DNA of 64,000 bases from NCBI GenBank assembly GCA_964187785.1, contig OZ076409.1, positions 6,326,001 to 6,390,000 on the forward strand, read 5' to 3'. Numbering within the stretch: the stretch's first letter is position 1; each line of letters begins with the position of its first letter. The translations under genes and the position numbers were made by a program. The notes beneath the pieces are model-generated. The model was not told the DNA's origin. It saw only the letters and a program-made list of their open reading frames with translations, and ran no database searches. Shown one piece after another: positions 14,701-26,243 of this stretch. This stretch comes from Amphiscolops sp. MND2022. Its lineage: Eukaryota.

Positions 14701-15157
14701 CGGCCGCGGCAGCCAATTGCAATAGTCCATTTGAGAACTTATTCGGACGTAAGCCAAATAACATAATGAATTTACTGACAGAAAAACCGCAAACTTTTTT
14801 GGAAAATGACAATCCGCTCCAACTGTCACCCGACGACTTCCCCAAGAACGACGATTCAACGGAGTTCTTGAGAGACAGAACAAAGAATCCAAAACGGGAA
14901 AGTCAATTTTGAAAAAAGAAAAGTGCAATAACCCAAGAAACAGCCCACATCCTCACGCAGCACACCAATCGCCGCCATCAAGTAGTTTCCAAGCGAGATG
15001 TGGCGAAAGTAAATACAAATCTGCCTCGTATAGAATCCGAACGGACTAGCAAAGAGGAGACAGTCGTTCTCTAGAAAAAAAGTGAGATGGAGCTCAAACA
15101 ACATCTGAAATATTTTGCGGCCAAAGACTATAAAAAAAGAAAAACTAAAAAACCAAC
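8744..15157. repeat. Tandem segmental duplication, copy 2
   Basis: Junction ..AACCAAC|CTATCAGAGTACTG. ORFs are duplicated (4680/10782, 2776/8878, 7775/14189). Confidence 0.95.
9406..10494 (-). mobile_element. Solo LTR, duplicated copy
   Basis: Copy of 3304-4392 within the tandem duplication. Confidence 0.6.
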
Positions 15158-15941
15158 GCTTTCTACGGAAACACTGAAGGCTCCGAAAATCTTTGTCAGG
15201 ACTACCCGAAAAAAAGGTACAAGAAATAAATCCTGTGGGAAGAACTAAATTATCCCACAAAATGAACAAACAGCACCCCCAAAGCTATCAGGCTCTTTTT
15301 TCCCCCCACACTTTTTTACAGAAAACGCACGCAACATAAAGGATTGTATTTGACTATATCATTCAATATTTCTTCAAATAAGTCTCTTCCTCTGTTTTGT
15401 TGTCTCCACTTTACTAGAGTAGTTTTCCGCTTGAACAAAACATTGTTCACACATTTTGACTAATTATGTTCGTATTGAGTGTTTATTGATGACTCAAAAC
15501 AGGAAGCTGTTGATTTCTTCATCAAAAATGCGTAACTGCATAGAGAAAAAGTGTGAACAAAGTTTGTATCTGAATCCTAAACTATCACCCTGAGAATAAA
15601 TTTAAAACTAAACTGTTTCATTGAAAACGCAATTGAGATATAATTATTTGCAAAAACATCATCTTGAAAAGTGTGGGGGGGGAAGGAAAAAGTTCCAACA
15701 ATCAACCCCGAAAACTGAAATAAACGAACCTTCGACCTCCCATGGTCAACCTACATCATACCGCCAAAGTCAACGGTCCAAAAGGAAACCCAATTGGTAT
15801 GGGCAGAACATAATGGTCTCAAAGGTAGAAGAAGAGGAGAAGGATCACGGGGAGCAAACACAGAGCGAGACAAAATCGAAAAAAATTCGAAATGAACTCG
15901 AAGAAATGCCAATCTTCTTTGAAATGTCCCAAAAAAAATAA
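10782..15941 (+). pseudogene. Gypsy-A gag-pol pseudogene
   Basis: Many stops and frameshifts. RT FLDD at ~12716, RNase H, integrase. The C-terminal RSKRKPNWYGQN tail resembles that of the 1477-aa ORF. Interrupted by a MITE at 15289-15692. Confidence 0.88.
15289..15692. mobile_element. MITE-like insertion in Gypsy-A
   Basis: Inverted ends TTTTTCCCCCCACACTTTT / AAAAGTGTGGGGGGGGAAGGAAAAAG. Homologous to 159-552. Confidence 0.65.
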
Positions 15942-16280
15942 ACGAATGGATAAAGAATTGGAAAAAATCTTAACCAATCTGAAACCGAAAACATTTAAAA
16001 AACATTCAACATTGTATCTGAAATACAAAAATTTGAGTAGAATTAAATATCGCTACATGTTTACAGTTATGTATTTATAATTTATTTACCCTAAACTTAA
16101 TAAACCTTAACCCGTAGTGGAGGAGGTGTGGTCGAGGCCTTATGCTGAGACAAAACAGAAAATGCGCTAACTATCAATTGAATCTGAAACTGTAAATATT
16201 TAATAAAGTACCTGTCAACACTCGTCGTCAAAACGACACTTGTTCTATTAATTGCAGAAAATTGCCTTGAAAGTTTACAG

Positions 16281-16582
16281 TCGTTCACTCATAATACATA
16301 TTCGGATGAGAGTACAACATATCCGGGAAAACGGGTTAAATGGGGTACCAGCCACTGCGGTGATTTGAGTGCAAACAGTAGAAGCACTTCCTCAGTATCG
16401 ATCCTGAGTTCTATGCTTGGGGGCAGTTGCGTCAACGGGGGTCTTTTCGACGTGAACGGACTAGCCACCAATTCCAGGCTGTGCTGTAGGGGCTTCGAGG
16501 AACAACAAGCCGCCTTTTACCATCATGACTATTCATGCTCGCACTCCGGGTTGGATGGCGGAGGAGGGGTGATAGAACACAG
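16281..16582 (+). CDS. Candidate host-gene exon A (5' boundary uncertain)
   Basis: Open frame ..MLGGSCVNGG..GGGGVIEH(R). Donor AG|GTTAGG is phase 2, matching the exon at 21004. Confidence 0.4.
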
Positions 16583-17351
16583 GTTAGGTTCAATTTGGAA
16601 GAAAAACTGGACCATGTGTTCATTTCCCCCCCCCCCAGAAATACCTTGTTGCGAATCCCCCCCCCCTCAACACAAAAGCACGTTTTGTTGTTGAATAAAA
16701 ATATTTCACTAACAAGAGAATATTATATGAATGTATTTGAGGATTGTCTCTGCAACTGTATTGACACTTCAGGCAAAAAAATTTACCCGAATAAAAAGGC
16801 CCCAATTTCAACGCAAGTTTTCTCCGCCATAACAGCTAATGAGCAACTGCCAAATGACAGTCAATGTAATGGATAGGATAATGTCGACATCAATTTTTTT
16901 ATTGGACCAAAATTCCAACGCAAACGATGTCGACATGATGGTATTTGAACCTGCGTCTTATCCCCCCCTGCGGCCGCTTGGGGAATACTGAACACATGGT
17001 CCGAAAAACTTTCTATTCTGCCCAAAAAGGCTAGTTATCTTGTTTCCCTATACTTGTAATACTTCGATTCCACGCTCGAATGACGGAGCGTTTTCCATAG
17101 AATAGAAAAACGAAAAAAAGTTAGTTCCATAACATTTATTAAGGTAAATAATTAAACTTTTTTAAAGAAAAAGTGGCAAAATTGAAAAGTGCCTAGCAAT
17201 GTTCGCTTCTATTTTTGATGAAGTTTTTAAACCAGTTGTGAAAGTACGTTGCTGAAGAAGAAAAATTATTTTCCCAATTCCGCAGAGTGGACGCCGAAGT
17301 ATCAGATTGCGTTTTAAGATAGGCACCCTTTCGGATAGAACCTCCCCCATA

Positions 17352-17529
17352 CAGTAAACCCTCGATTATCCGCCACTCGAATATCCGCCACCTTTGGTCA
17401 ACCGCCACAAATCTACGGGGACATTTTGCTATAACACCCGTGTCTAAGCTTCCTTGATTAACCGCCACTCTCACTTATCCGCCATAATTCGTGCTGGACC
17501 GATGGTGTCGGATAATCGAGGGTTTACTT
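17352..17529. mobile_element. pogo/Tigger-like MITE
   Basis: TA-preceded TIR CAGTAAACCCTCGATTATCCG and reverse CGGATAATCGAGGGTTTACT. Internal ATCCGCCAC repeats. Confidence 0.75.
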
Positions 17530-17537
17530 AGTACCAA

Positions 17538-17768
17538 ATAGGCTAAGAGTGAAGGGTTTGCTTAAGGCCCAATACTGGTGAGTTGAGACAGATTCGAACC
17601 TGTTACAACCATGTTCAGGCCGAATGCTCTTATAAGAGCATTCGGCCTGAACATGGTTGTAACAGGTTCGAATCTGTCTCAACTCACCAGTATTGGGCCT
17701 TAAACAAACCCTTCACTCTTAGCCTATACCACTACACTATGCTCTCACCACTACACTATGCTCTCACA
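17538..17768 (-). repeat. tRNA-derived SINE with 190-bp spacerless palindrome (17538-17727) and 19-bp tandem duplication
   Basis: 95-bp arms with one mismatch, centred at 17632/17633. B box GGTTCGAATC. A-box-like TAGTGTAGTGG on the minus strand at 17729-17768 (twice). Confidence 0.75.
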
Positions 17769-18502
17769 AGAAACAGGCGTCTCAAATTATTCTTGTGCCT
17801 TCAATCTCTCGTTCATGTCTATAAAATGTCTATAGAATAATTATAATTAAACAAACTGAGAAAAACAACGAAGTGATAATCAAAAGTTTGAGAGACCTTG
17901 TTTATGATGTTTTCTCTATCAGAGGTGTTTACTGGTCCCCATAAGGTTGTCGTCTCCATTTTCCGATCAGAGTATTACTTTCGAATGTACTTTAGGTTCA
18001 ACTTCTCAAAATCAATCTTAGTTCTTTTCAAACCTAATCCACTTAACTAGAGCTCAACGTTTTCCTGCGTTTGAAAATTGCTTCCTACGTCATAATTGCT
18101 TATCCGCAAGAAAATATCTGTTTTCCTTCATTCCAGTGGCGCTGTTACAATGGGTTGCTCTTTGATTGGTGCCACGTGTGTACTTTTCCAGTGGTGTCAA
18201 TTCTTCGTAAGCACAATTTACTACTTGTTAAAGTTCAATCTTTTTTAAAATCAATTTTCAGGCCTCATCCGAGCACTATGCAATCAAAATTGGCCGGTTT
18301 AGTACAAAAGCAAATCTCGCTTAGCCAGGTCATTAAGTTGTGTCCAAATTTATTGGGTTTGTTTTTTTTCCACTTGTCATTTTTATCTTAATTGATGAGG
18401 AAATCCGTTATGTCGGTTCACTTTCGTTCAAGATGCATAAGCAATTCCTACGACTATGTTAGTCATTTCGCCATTGTCGCTTCATCATTTTCGTTTTGGT
18501 TA

Positions 18503-19447
18503 CCCAGTGTAAAAACTCTTGAATCTCTTGCCAAGATCTTGCATATTCTTACATATTCCCGTTTACTCTTGAAAGTCTTGATAAGATCTTGTTTATTCTT
18601 GCTTCACACAAACCTCTTGAAATTCTTGATAGGAATCTTGGTAAAAGTCTTATCAAGAGTGTCAAGAGAATGAATAAGTTGTAAAACAAACAGCAGTTTT
18701 GTTTACAAGTATTTTGCTGTTGTTCGCACTACCAGCTACACTATCATTCTTTGAAGTATTGGACATAGGACGACAGGTGACTATTCAAATCCTGGAATAT
18801 TCAAACCGTCAAAAAAATCAATGCTATTCAACGCGTCGAAAGAATTCCATAGCAGCGATTATTTTCAGGTTATAATTTGAAGAGGTTAGCATATTTGTTG
18901 TATGGCTCGGTCGCTTCGCTCCCTTCGCCAAGTAGCACATTGAGGCATGGCCATATGGCATGTCGCTCCGCTCCTGCATTTAGGGCACTAGAAGTATGTG
19001 GACATAGCTGACTACGTTATCGTAATTAGTTCGTCGCTTGTGCTGTATTCATTTTACTGAATTTGATTGGTTCATTGAATGAAAGTTTGGTCACGTGACT
19101 ATGACGCGCAGTATTTACTGCGAATAAACTGCTTTCGACGCTTTGAATATTCTACGATTTGAATCGTCCCCAGGACGACACAAAGTAATGAAATTCAGAA
19201 CGTGATAGCTTGGTTGGTACCGCGAAAAGCTGCTGTAGAATATGTACGCTGATCAAGCCGCAGTTGACGTCGGTTTTTGATTGTTTTCATTCACTTTTGT
19301 TAGTTCATCTCTTGTATTTCTTGGCACGATCTTGCAAAATCTTGCAAATTCGTTGATTTCTTGGTAAGAATCTCGGCAAGATTCTAACCAAGAAATCCAG
19401 GAATATCCAAGATTCTTATAAAGAGTTGCATGAGTTTTTACACTGGG
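18503..19447. mobile_element. Non-autonomous DNA transposon (CCC..GGG ends, TA flanks)
   Basis: TIR CCCAGTGTAAAAACTC / GAGTTTTTACACTGGG. TCTTG/CAAGA-rich subterminal arms. Confidence 0.75.
18776..19171. mobile_element. Mutator-like MITE nested in 18503-19447
   Basis: ~40-bp imperfect TIRs (GGTGACTATTCAAATC.. / ..GATTTGAATCGTCCCC). Perfect 9-bp TSD AGGACGACA (18767-18775, 19172-19180). Confidence 0.8.
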
Positions 19448-21003
19448 TAGTCTTCATCATTTTATTTTCTTCCCGTATGTCAAAGGGTTCAATTAGTTCA
19501 GGAACTGTAATTATTATGAGCTGTGTTTTTTATTTGCTTTGATTATGTCAAGTTTTGACTTCATTTTTGATGGTCAGAATTTAAATGAACTTGTTTAGTG
19601 AACTCGAATCACCTCCAGTTTCCAGACTGACGCAATTGGTTTCAGATCACCAGAAGGAAAATTCTTTTTTGCTTTCTCACGAATATGTTCGCGAATGCTC
19701 TTGGTTTTAGAGCGTTTGAATCATTCTCTTGGTGTGTTGAATTGTTCTTTTGTTGTTTCTTCTCTTCCCGATAAGTGCTGTTCGCTAGGTTATGTCGTGT
19801 CTCATAAGTGATTGGTGGGTGGTTTGTTTCTTGGTTTTGTGTTGTTCTCAGGTCTTTTCTGCAGTTGAGCTTGATTTGATGTCGTAGACTATTATTGATG
19901 CATTCTTTTCGTGTGTAAAGTTTCGTCCTCACAGGTGTTGTAGCTCCAGGTACGGTGGTAGTATGTTTTTGGTTGTAACTCTTGTTTTGGTTTTTTTCTT
20001 GTACAGTTGAAAAGCGGAACAAATGGTTTTAGTTGAAAAATAGATGCGAATCGTGTTGATTGTGCATTTTCATGTCCCGGGTGAAAAAAGACAAGATAAA
20101 AACTTGAGAACCTAATACTATTTGTTTGAAAACATTTTTTGAAAACAGTTTTTGCCTTTCAATGTTTTTTCTAGAGCTTATAACATCTGTAAATTCCATT
20201 CTTAAATGATGAAATCAATTTTTACGTTGACAAGTAAATTATAAACTGTCTATAGATGTATTTTAGCACTTCACTCCAAAAGCACATTTTTTTTCTTTCA
20301 ATTCAGTTTTTGAACAAATTCGAAGTGCATGATAAGTTTCAAAAATTGCCAAAGTCAAAGTCAAAATTGGCCAAAGTCAAATAGGAGTCGCTATGTTTGT
20401 AATTTTTGTCTCATTTCCAAACAAAGCTGAGGCTATGCTATAATTCTCAACTAAATTTTGAGAATTTTTTACTTCTTGGAATTTTTGTGTCAATTGAACA
20501 TGTGGAAATTTATTGCGATTTGATCTTTGTCAGCGAAATAGCCATTTTTGCCTTCATCAAACTTTTCATTTGACTGAATTTAAATCACAAGCGATGTCGA
20601 CATAATGGTAGTCCTACAGTTCTTCCTGAATTGCTTTCAAAAATTTTTTCGTGGTATTCGTTAAGTTTTTCAAATAGAACTAGGGTCATAATTGTTACTA
20701 CAGATTATCCCGTTTCCTTATTCCGGTATTTTGATTTATTTTTCTTAATTCTTAGAAAATTTTTAATTTTCTCCTACAAGTTCCAATTTTACGATTGCCT
20801 GTGTGCTAGATTCACTATGACTACAAATATAGAACTAATCGATTTCAAATAAAAACCAACAGAAATACGTTATCCAATCATTCCATTCATAAATTCCCCT
20901 CCACTTTCATTATCTTTGTATCGAAATTTTGAATTTTTCCGAAACTTGTCATAATGATCAAACTCTCTAAATTACTTTACACTTTTTGTAATTTGTTTCT
21001 CAG

Positions 21004-21157
21004 AAGGTCATCGAGTTTGCTGAAAGGTCACTTGGAAGAATACGAGAGGTCATGCAACTTATCCAGTGTGGGTGACCCCGGAAGTTGTTCCAGCAACCGA
21101 GGATCCAAAAATAGAGCCGAAAAATGTGTCCAGACCGAATTTAGTCGCACGTACAAG
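21004..21157 (+). CDS. Candidate host-gene exon B
   Basis: TTTCTCAG acceptor (phase 2), RSSSLLKGHLEEYER..TEFSRTYK, donor AAG|GTAAAT (phase 0). Confidence 0.55.
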
Positions 21158-21817
21158 GTAAATTTGCAGTACAATAGCGTTTTAAAATATCGCAACCTCA
21201 TTGCTTAAAATTGCAAATTTCAAATCTAAATATCTTCAAAACTGCCACGAATACGAAGACAGCTAGGAAAGTTTTCAAGAATTTTATCTAGTTTACAAAA
21301 ATTTTTGTGTGAATTTTCTGCAACCAAAATTACGAAAATTAGAAATTGAAAATTTTTACAAAATTTAATTAAATTTGCGCTGTTCTATTTCTTGGTATGA
21401 TAAGAAAACAATAGAGTTTATTTAAAAGCTTCTTTTCTGAACATAAATACTGTCAATTGTACGATCTATTCTCTAACTACGTATCGTATCCAAATGATGC
21501 GATCTCAGTACAAAGTATGATGTTTACAAACATATAAACATATGTATAAATAGGTGTCTATGAGAATGATCTAAAGTTTGGTGATTGACAGTGTCAACCG
21601 AAAGGATCGGTTCGGTATATGTACCGTATTACATTTCCTCCCTTCTAAATTCCTTTCGGTCACTGCTTCGAGGTTCCCGGTGTTGGGGTCTTTTCTCGAA
21701 TGAAGTCGGCTGGTTTCGTTAATGGTTTTGGCGGGTCTTTTCGGCTGTTCCATTTCTCGGTGAAACCTGTAACAATTTTACTTCTTCAACGTTATACCCA
21801 AAAATGCTTTGTATAGG

Positions 21818-23494
21818 TGTGATAATCCTCTATTTCTGCTTCTGAATCTTCGTCAGAATGTATAGTTACGTCTACGTCTGATTCACTTCGAAACAGAGGT
21901 TTCGCAGGATGCTTAAAGTCCTTCATTTTAGAAGCCCTAAGAGGATAATCGTCGCTTTCAGAATCTGAATTTTGTTTATTAGATGCGTGAACTCCTATAG
22001 GCGGGTCTATCCTGGATCCCGATGGTTGTGGTTCTTGTATTTCATTTGCTTCAGATCTTGGATTTGTTGTTATTGAAGCACTTTTATTGCATTTTATCTC
22101 TTTTAGAATTGCTTCTAGTTTACTGTCCATTTCTTCTCTCATTCTCTCTATCCTTTCTGTATTTTTCCGTTCAACGATCTGAGTCCAAACTTGTATCTCA
22201 TCACTATTTTGACTGGGTTCTCTTAGTTGGTTTTCAAGGTTCGGTTCACTTAGATTTTCTTGGACATTTAGATTAGAATTAGTTTAAGTTATATTACCTG
22301 TTTCTGAAGAATCAACTCTAGTTTCGCTCACTTCTCTCTCAGGAGATGGGGTTGCTAGTCTCCTTGATCTTCGGCTTCTTTTATTTCCCATTTCACTTAG
22401 CAGAAAACGAGTTATGTTTGCTGGGGAAGAATTTGAATTATGTTCTCAGTATGGAAAAGTCCAAACTTTGGAAAACAATGAAAACTGATGGTATTTGCAA
22501 GAGTCTGGATAAATTGATACAACTGAACTTCAGGAGGGTTATTTCAATTGTGTCTTGCATTTAGGAAACCCCCTCTTCAAAATATAAAAAGAATGACAGT
22601 CATTTTTACAAGTATCATGTAGTCCTGGAAAACACGAAAATAGGATAACGTCAAATCACGTAATTCTATTTATATCGCTCCCACAATAATGCAAATGCGT
22701 CTAGTCATCCTTAAAACCCTAAAGAAAATACTGTAAAATGATATAATAAGCACCCCAAATGCTATTTGATAATGTACAATTGCATGACGTTCAAAACTAC
22801 ACATTTAGCTGAAAACCGCATAACTCCGCATATACTTTGTACCCGAATTCGTAGGGTGACGTATAACACACGTGAACGTTTTCCTCACGTCTGGTTAGTA
22901 GTGTATATACAGCACAATGCGATACGCACAATATTTTGATCAAAAACGTATGTTAACGTATGTTCGTCACTGCGGGAATCGTATAGTGACGTATACTATG
23001 AATGATGGAAAAGCATATTACCGTATACCCTGATAGTTTAAAAACGTATCTTTATGCATATTCAAAAAACGTATAACACCGCATACTCAAAAATCAGTTC
23101 ACGCATAATGGTGTATGCTCATAAAGCCATTTTATGTATAATGACGCATCCTTGTTAATTGAAAAGTGTCTAATGACGTATGTCCCCAGTTCTAATTGTA
23201 GCATGATTACGCATAATGTGGAATCAGAAGTCACAGATTGATCTTGCTTATGTAGTTTTTAAGCACATGTTACTTTTATGAATGAAATTCTGATGAATTT
23301 GACATCACTGAAGGGTTCAGAAAATATCCTAGAATGAAATTCATCAATGGAGAGAAACAAATAATCAGCATCATAATATAAAAATACCATCAACATGAGA
23401 ATTAATCGGAGTTTAAAATGTTTTGTTATCAGGTCTTTCAGGTGTTCCTTTCACTGTTGCACAACGGAACCATCGCACCTCGAGGGATGCGACA
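21818..23494 (-). repeat. Gypsy-C 3' LTR
   Basis: Direct repeat of 36815-38491. Confidence 0.95.
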
Positions 23495-24479
23495 GTCCCG
23501 CATTTTTGAAAAGGAACAACGCTGCTTCGAAGCCATGGATAAATGCCCTTGATCGGATTGTCCTTTCCTTGACTGTTTCCCCCTCATATTCCGTTGCAAC
23601 CAAATATTCGCCTAGTGTCTCTAGCGCGATCTGGTCGTAACATTTTCCGCATAGGTCGCAAAAACCGGCAACATTTGGCATTACCGTGGGTATCAGTCTG
23701 ATACCATGTCTCTCTTGGGCGGGGATTAGCTGGGAGTTCATGCTGTGAGTCATGTTGAATGGGAATCCCAACTGAATCGCTGGCTGCACCAGTTGTGTCA
23801 TATGTTGGGTCCCATGGCTCGTTCCGCTAAAATTAAGAGGGAACAGCATCGGGGATAAATTGAACCCCGTGAAATTTGTTTGTGCCGTTCCTTGTTGTGG
23901 AGCTATATCATTTCGTACCTCTTGCTCCATTGGCACACTTGTCTGTTGTTGCTGGAAATCAGTCAATTCCTGCCTGTAATTTGGCGGGTATACCGGGGTA
24001 GGAGGAGGCAAGAACCCCCTGTCGCCAGGACTTGTCCTTGGATTTGGTGGGACCCTAGCTGTAGGACGACCATAGTTGTTAGTAGTCCTTTCAGGCCCGT
24101 TGCTTATGGTCCATGGAAAAAGGTTTGCTTCTTCAAACTCGCTATCTATAAATGAGTTCGGCGAGTCCATTAATTCGTTCTGAGGAGTTCCGATCAGGTC
24201 CATTAGTTCCCTTTCCAATTGGGTGCCAGACGTGATTGCCGTAAAGTCTTGCCTTGACGATGACTCCGTGTCAGGGTACAGGGTAGCTGCTGCAGCTCCC
24301 ATAAACGCTGACATTAAGTTGCTCCCTGTCGTGTCTATACGGAATCTTTCGTCGAGTTGAGCAATGTCTCCGGGTGCAATGGAGAAATCACCTTCAGACC
24401 CGCTCGAAATATCCACCACGTCGGGAGATATAGGAGAATATAGCGAATCTTCATCAATATCAAACTGAAGTTTGTTCAT
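23451..24479 (-). CDS. Gypsy-C accessory ORF, 342 aa, unknown function
   Basis: Intact ATG ORF. Acidic then P/Q-rich N-terminus, C-terminal CDLCGKC plus helical segment. Ends inside the 3' LTR. Confidence 0.75.
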   Translation of the reverse strand: MNKLQFDIDEDSLYSPISPDVVDISSGSEGDFSIAPGDIAQLDERFRIDTTGSNLMSAFMGAAAATLYPDTESSSRQDFTAITSGTQLERELMDLIGTPQNELMDSPNSFIDSEFEEANLFPWTISNGPERTTNNYGRPTARVPPNPRTSPGDRGFLPPPTPVYPPNYRQELTDFQQQQTSVPMEQEVRNDIAPQQGTAQTNFTGFNLSPMLFPLNFSGTSHGTQHMTQLVQPAIQLGFPFNMTHSMNSQLIPAQERHGIRLIPTVMPNVAGFCDLCGKCYDQIALETLGEYLVATEYEGETVKERTIRSRAFIHGFEAALFLFKNAGLSHPSRCDGSVVQQ

Positions 24480-25435
24480 TTTTGATTTGCAAAGAGATTA
24501 TTCAGTGATTTAGATTTTCAAAACTTTTACAAAGCAACTGATTTATAAAGTTGTAAAGACCATATGGTGAATCTTCTCTTCAGTTTCACCTGATTTTGAC
24601 AAAACCCGCCAAAAAAGTTGGGTGTCATGGTTGCTTGGGTTTGACAAAGCCTTATAGAGGATGGGGATGGCGGGTTGCCATATAAATGAGGGGTTAAGTT
24701 TTGATATCTTCCATAAAGGTAAATAAACAAAATGAGCATAGGTTCATCTGCCTTATCTTTCATCGGCAGCTTCCTTTTGATGTTCCTAGTTTCGTTTCAG
24801 TTACATTTAAATATGATGTAAACAAAGATCATCACCTAAGAATCCACAGGAATGAGTGAATTAATTGCCGAATATAATTTTATCTAGAAGCATCAATGAA
24901 ACTCATATCAATAAAAAACATATTACATGACTATTTAAATGTTTCATCATGTTTGAAATCACATGATCGAACCATGGTAAATCAATTATTGTCCTGCATT
25001 TGAAGAATGCACAATCTTCTATGGTGGGAATGAAGGGGAGACCCTCGCGACTAGGTAGATTGTTAGGAATCCGTTCGTTAGGGTTAACTCAGTGTATATT
25101 ACCACTGTATGTATTGCTACAGACGCCGCCATGCTTTCTCTTTTCTCCAAAATAAGTCAGGTTGTTTATACGTTAATGTCAGAATCCGTATACTACCGCT
25201 TGTTCACCATCGTTCAATGTAATTAGCGACATGGATTTGTCCGCTTCAAATCGGTGTCATGCTACATATCCAATTCTAATGATTACGTAACATCCAATTT
25301 CCTCTCTCTTTCATTTTGCATATTGGCACGTGCTTCTCTCTTAATTTCACATAGTGTCGCGTAGACTACATTCATATTTCCGCGTATTGCCGCGTGTTTG
25401 TAAGTTGCAAATACGCATTCTGCCGCACATCATTC

Positions 25436-25810
25436 GTTTGTGGATCCGCATATATACTCATAATCCCAATTGTAAATCCGCATACTGTTGTATATTGTCC
25501 ATCTATAAATCCGTATAATCACGCATAATCATAATTGAGAGTCCGCATGTTACTGTATATTGTTCATCTGTAAATCCGTATAACCACGCATGATTACAAA
25601 TGTAAATCCGCATATTGCTGTAACTTGTTCATCTGTAAATCCGTATAACCACGCTTGATTACAAATGTAAATCCGCATATTGCTGTAACTTGTTCATCTG
25701 TAAATCCGTATAATCACGCATGATTACACACGTGAGTCCGCATGTTGCCGTATATGGTTCTTCCGTATATCTGTATAATCACGCATGATTACACACGTGA
25801 GTTCGCATAT
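25436..25810. repeat. 65-bp tandem repeat (~5.5 copies) between the divergent accessory genes
   Basis: Unit ATCTGTAAATCCGTATAACCACGCATGATTACAAATGTAAATCCGCATATTGCTGTAACTTGTTC at 25501, 25566, 25631 and 25696. Confidence 0.9.
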
Positions 25811-26243
25811 TTGCGCTCATTTGATACTATCGTCTCGTAAGTTAACACTTATACGCATACCACAAATCTGTGAATTGCCGCAGGTTTGTTTGTTTTCATT
25901 CTTCCGCGTGATGTTGTAATGTCAATTACGTAATCAGACATTCTGGCAGAAGTGACTGACATATTAATTGGCCAATCAGAACGAAGTATTCCATATACTT
26001 TGGTACAAACTTTGTATACATTTGCTCTTTGCCTTTTGTCCCGTCAAGCCACGCCTTTCAATTTTGTTATATCGAAGACTTTCCATTGTATTATATATTC
26101 ATAACATCTTTATTTTTCAGTCAGTTTTACAGTTTACAGAACTTGTTTCTCACTTCCCATCCCAGGATTCTTCCCAGATAGTTTTCCTTTTATTTGTATC
26201 CCCATCGCTCGACAGTGGTAATTGATTTGAACTCAGTTCATCA

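Larger units (their letters stand above)
10579..16298 (+). mobile_element. Gypsy-A, old decayed Ty3/Gypsy LTR retrotransposon
   Basis: 5' LTR 10579-10750 and 3' LTR 16127-16298, both TG..CA and clearly diverged. PPT AGTGGAGGAGG at 16116-16126. Confidence 0.88.

Noticed and set aside
17633..17695. Functional tRNA gene
   Set aside because: No complete cloverleaf; A and B boxes are separated by the inversion; a SINE-like tail follows.
19642..20022. 126-aa ORF
   Set aside because: Low-complexity, probably a decayed retroelement tail; no diagnostic motif.
25436..25810. CRISPR array (also 40715-40875 and 51818-53240)
   Set aside because: Contiguous tandem units without unique spacers, no cas genes, eukaryotic context.
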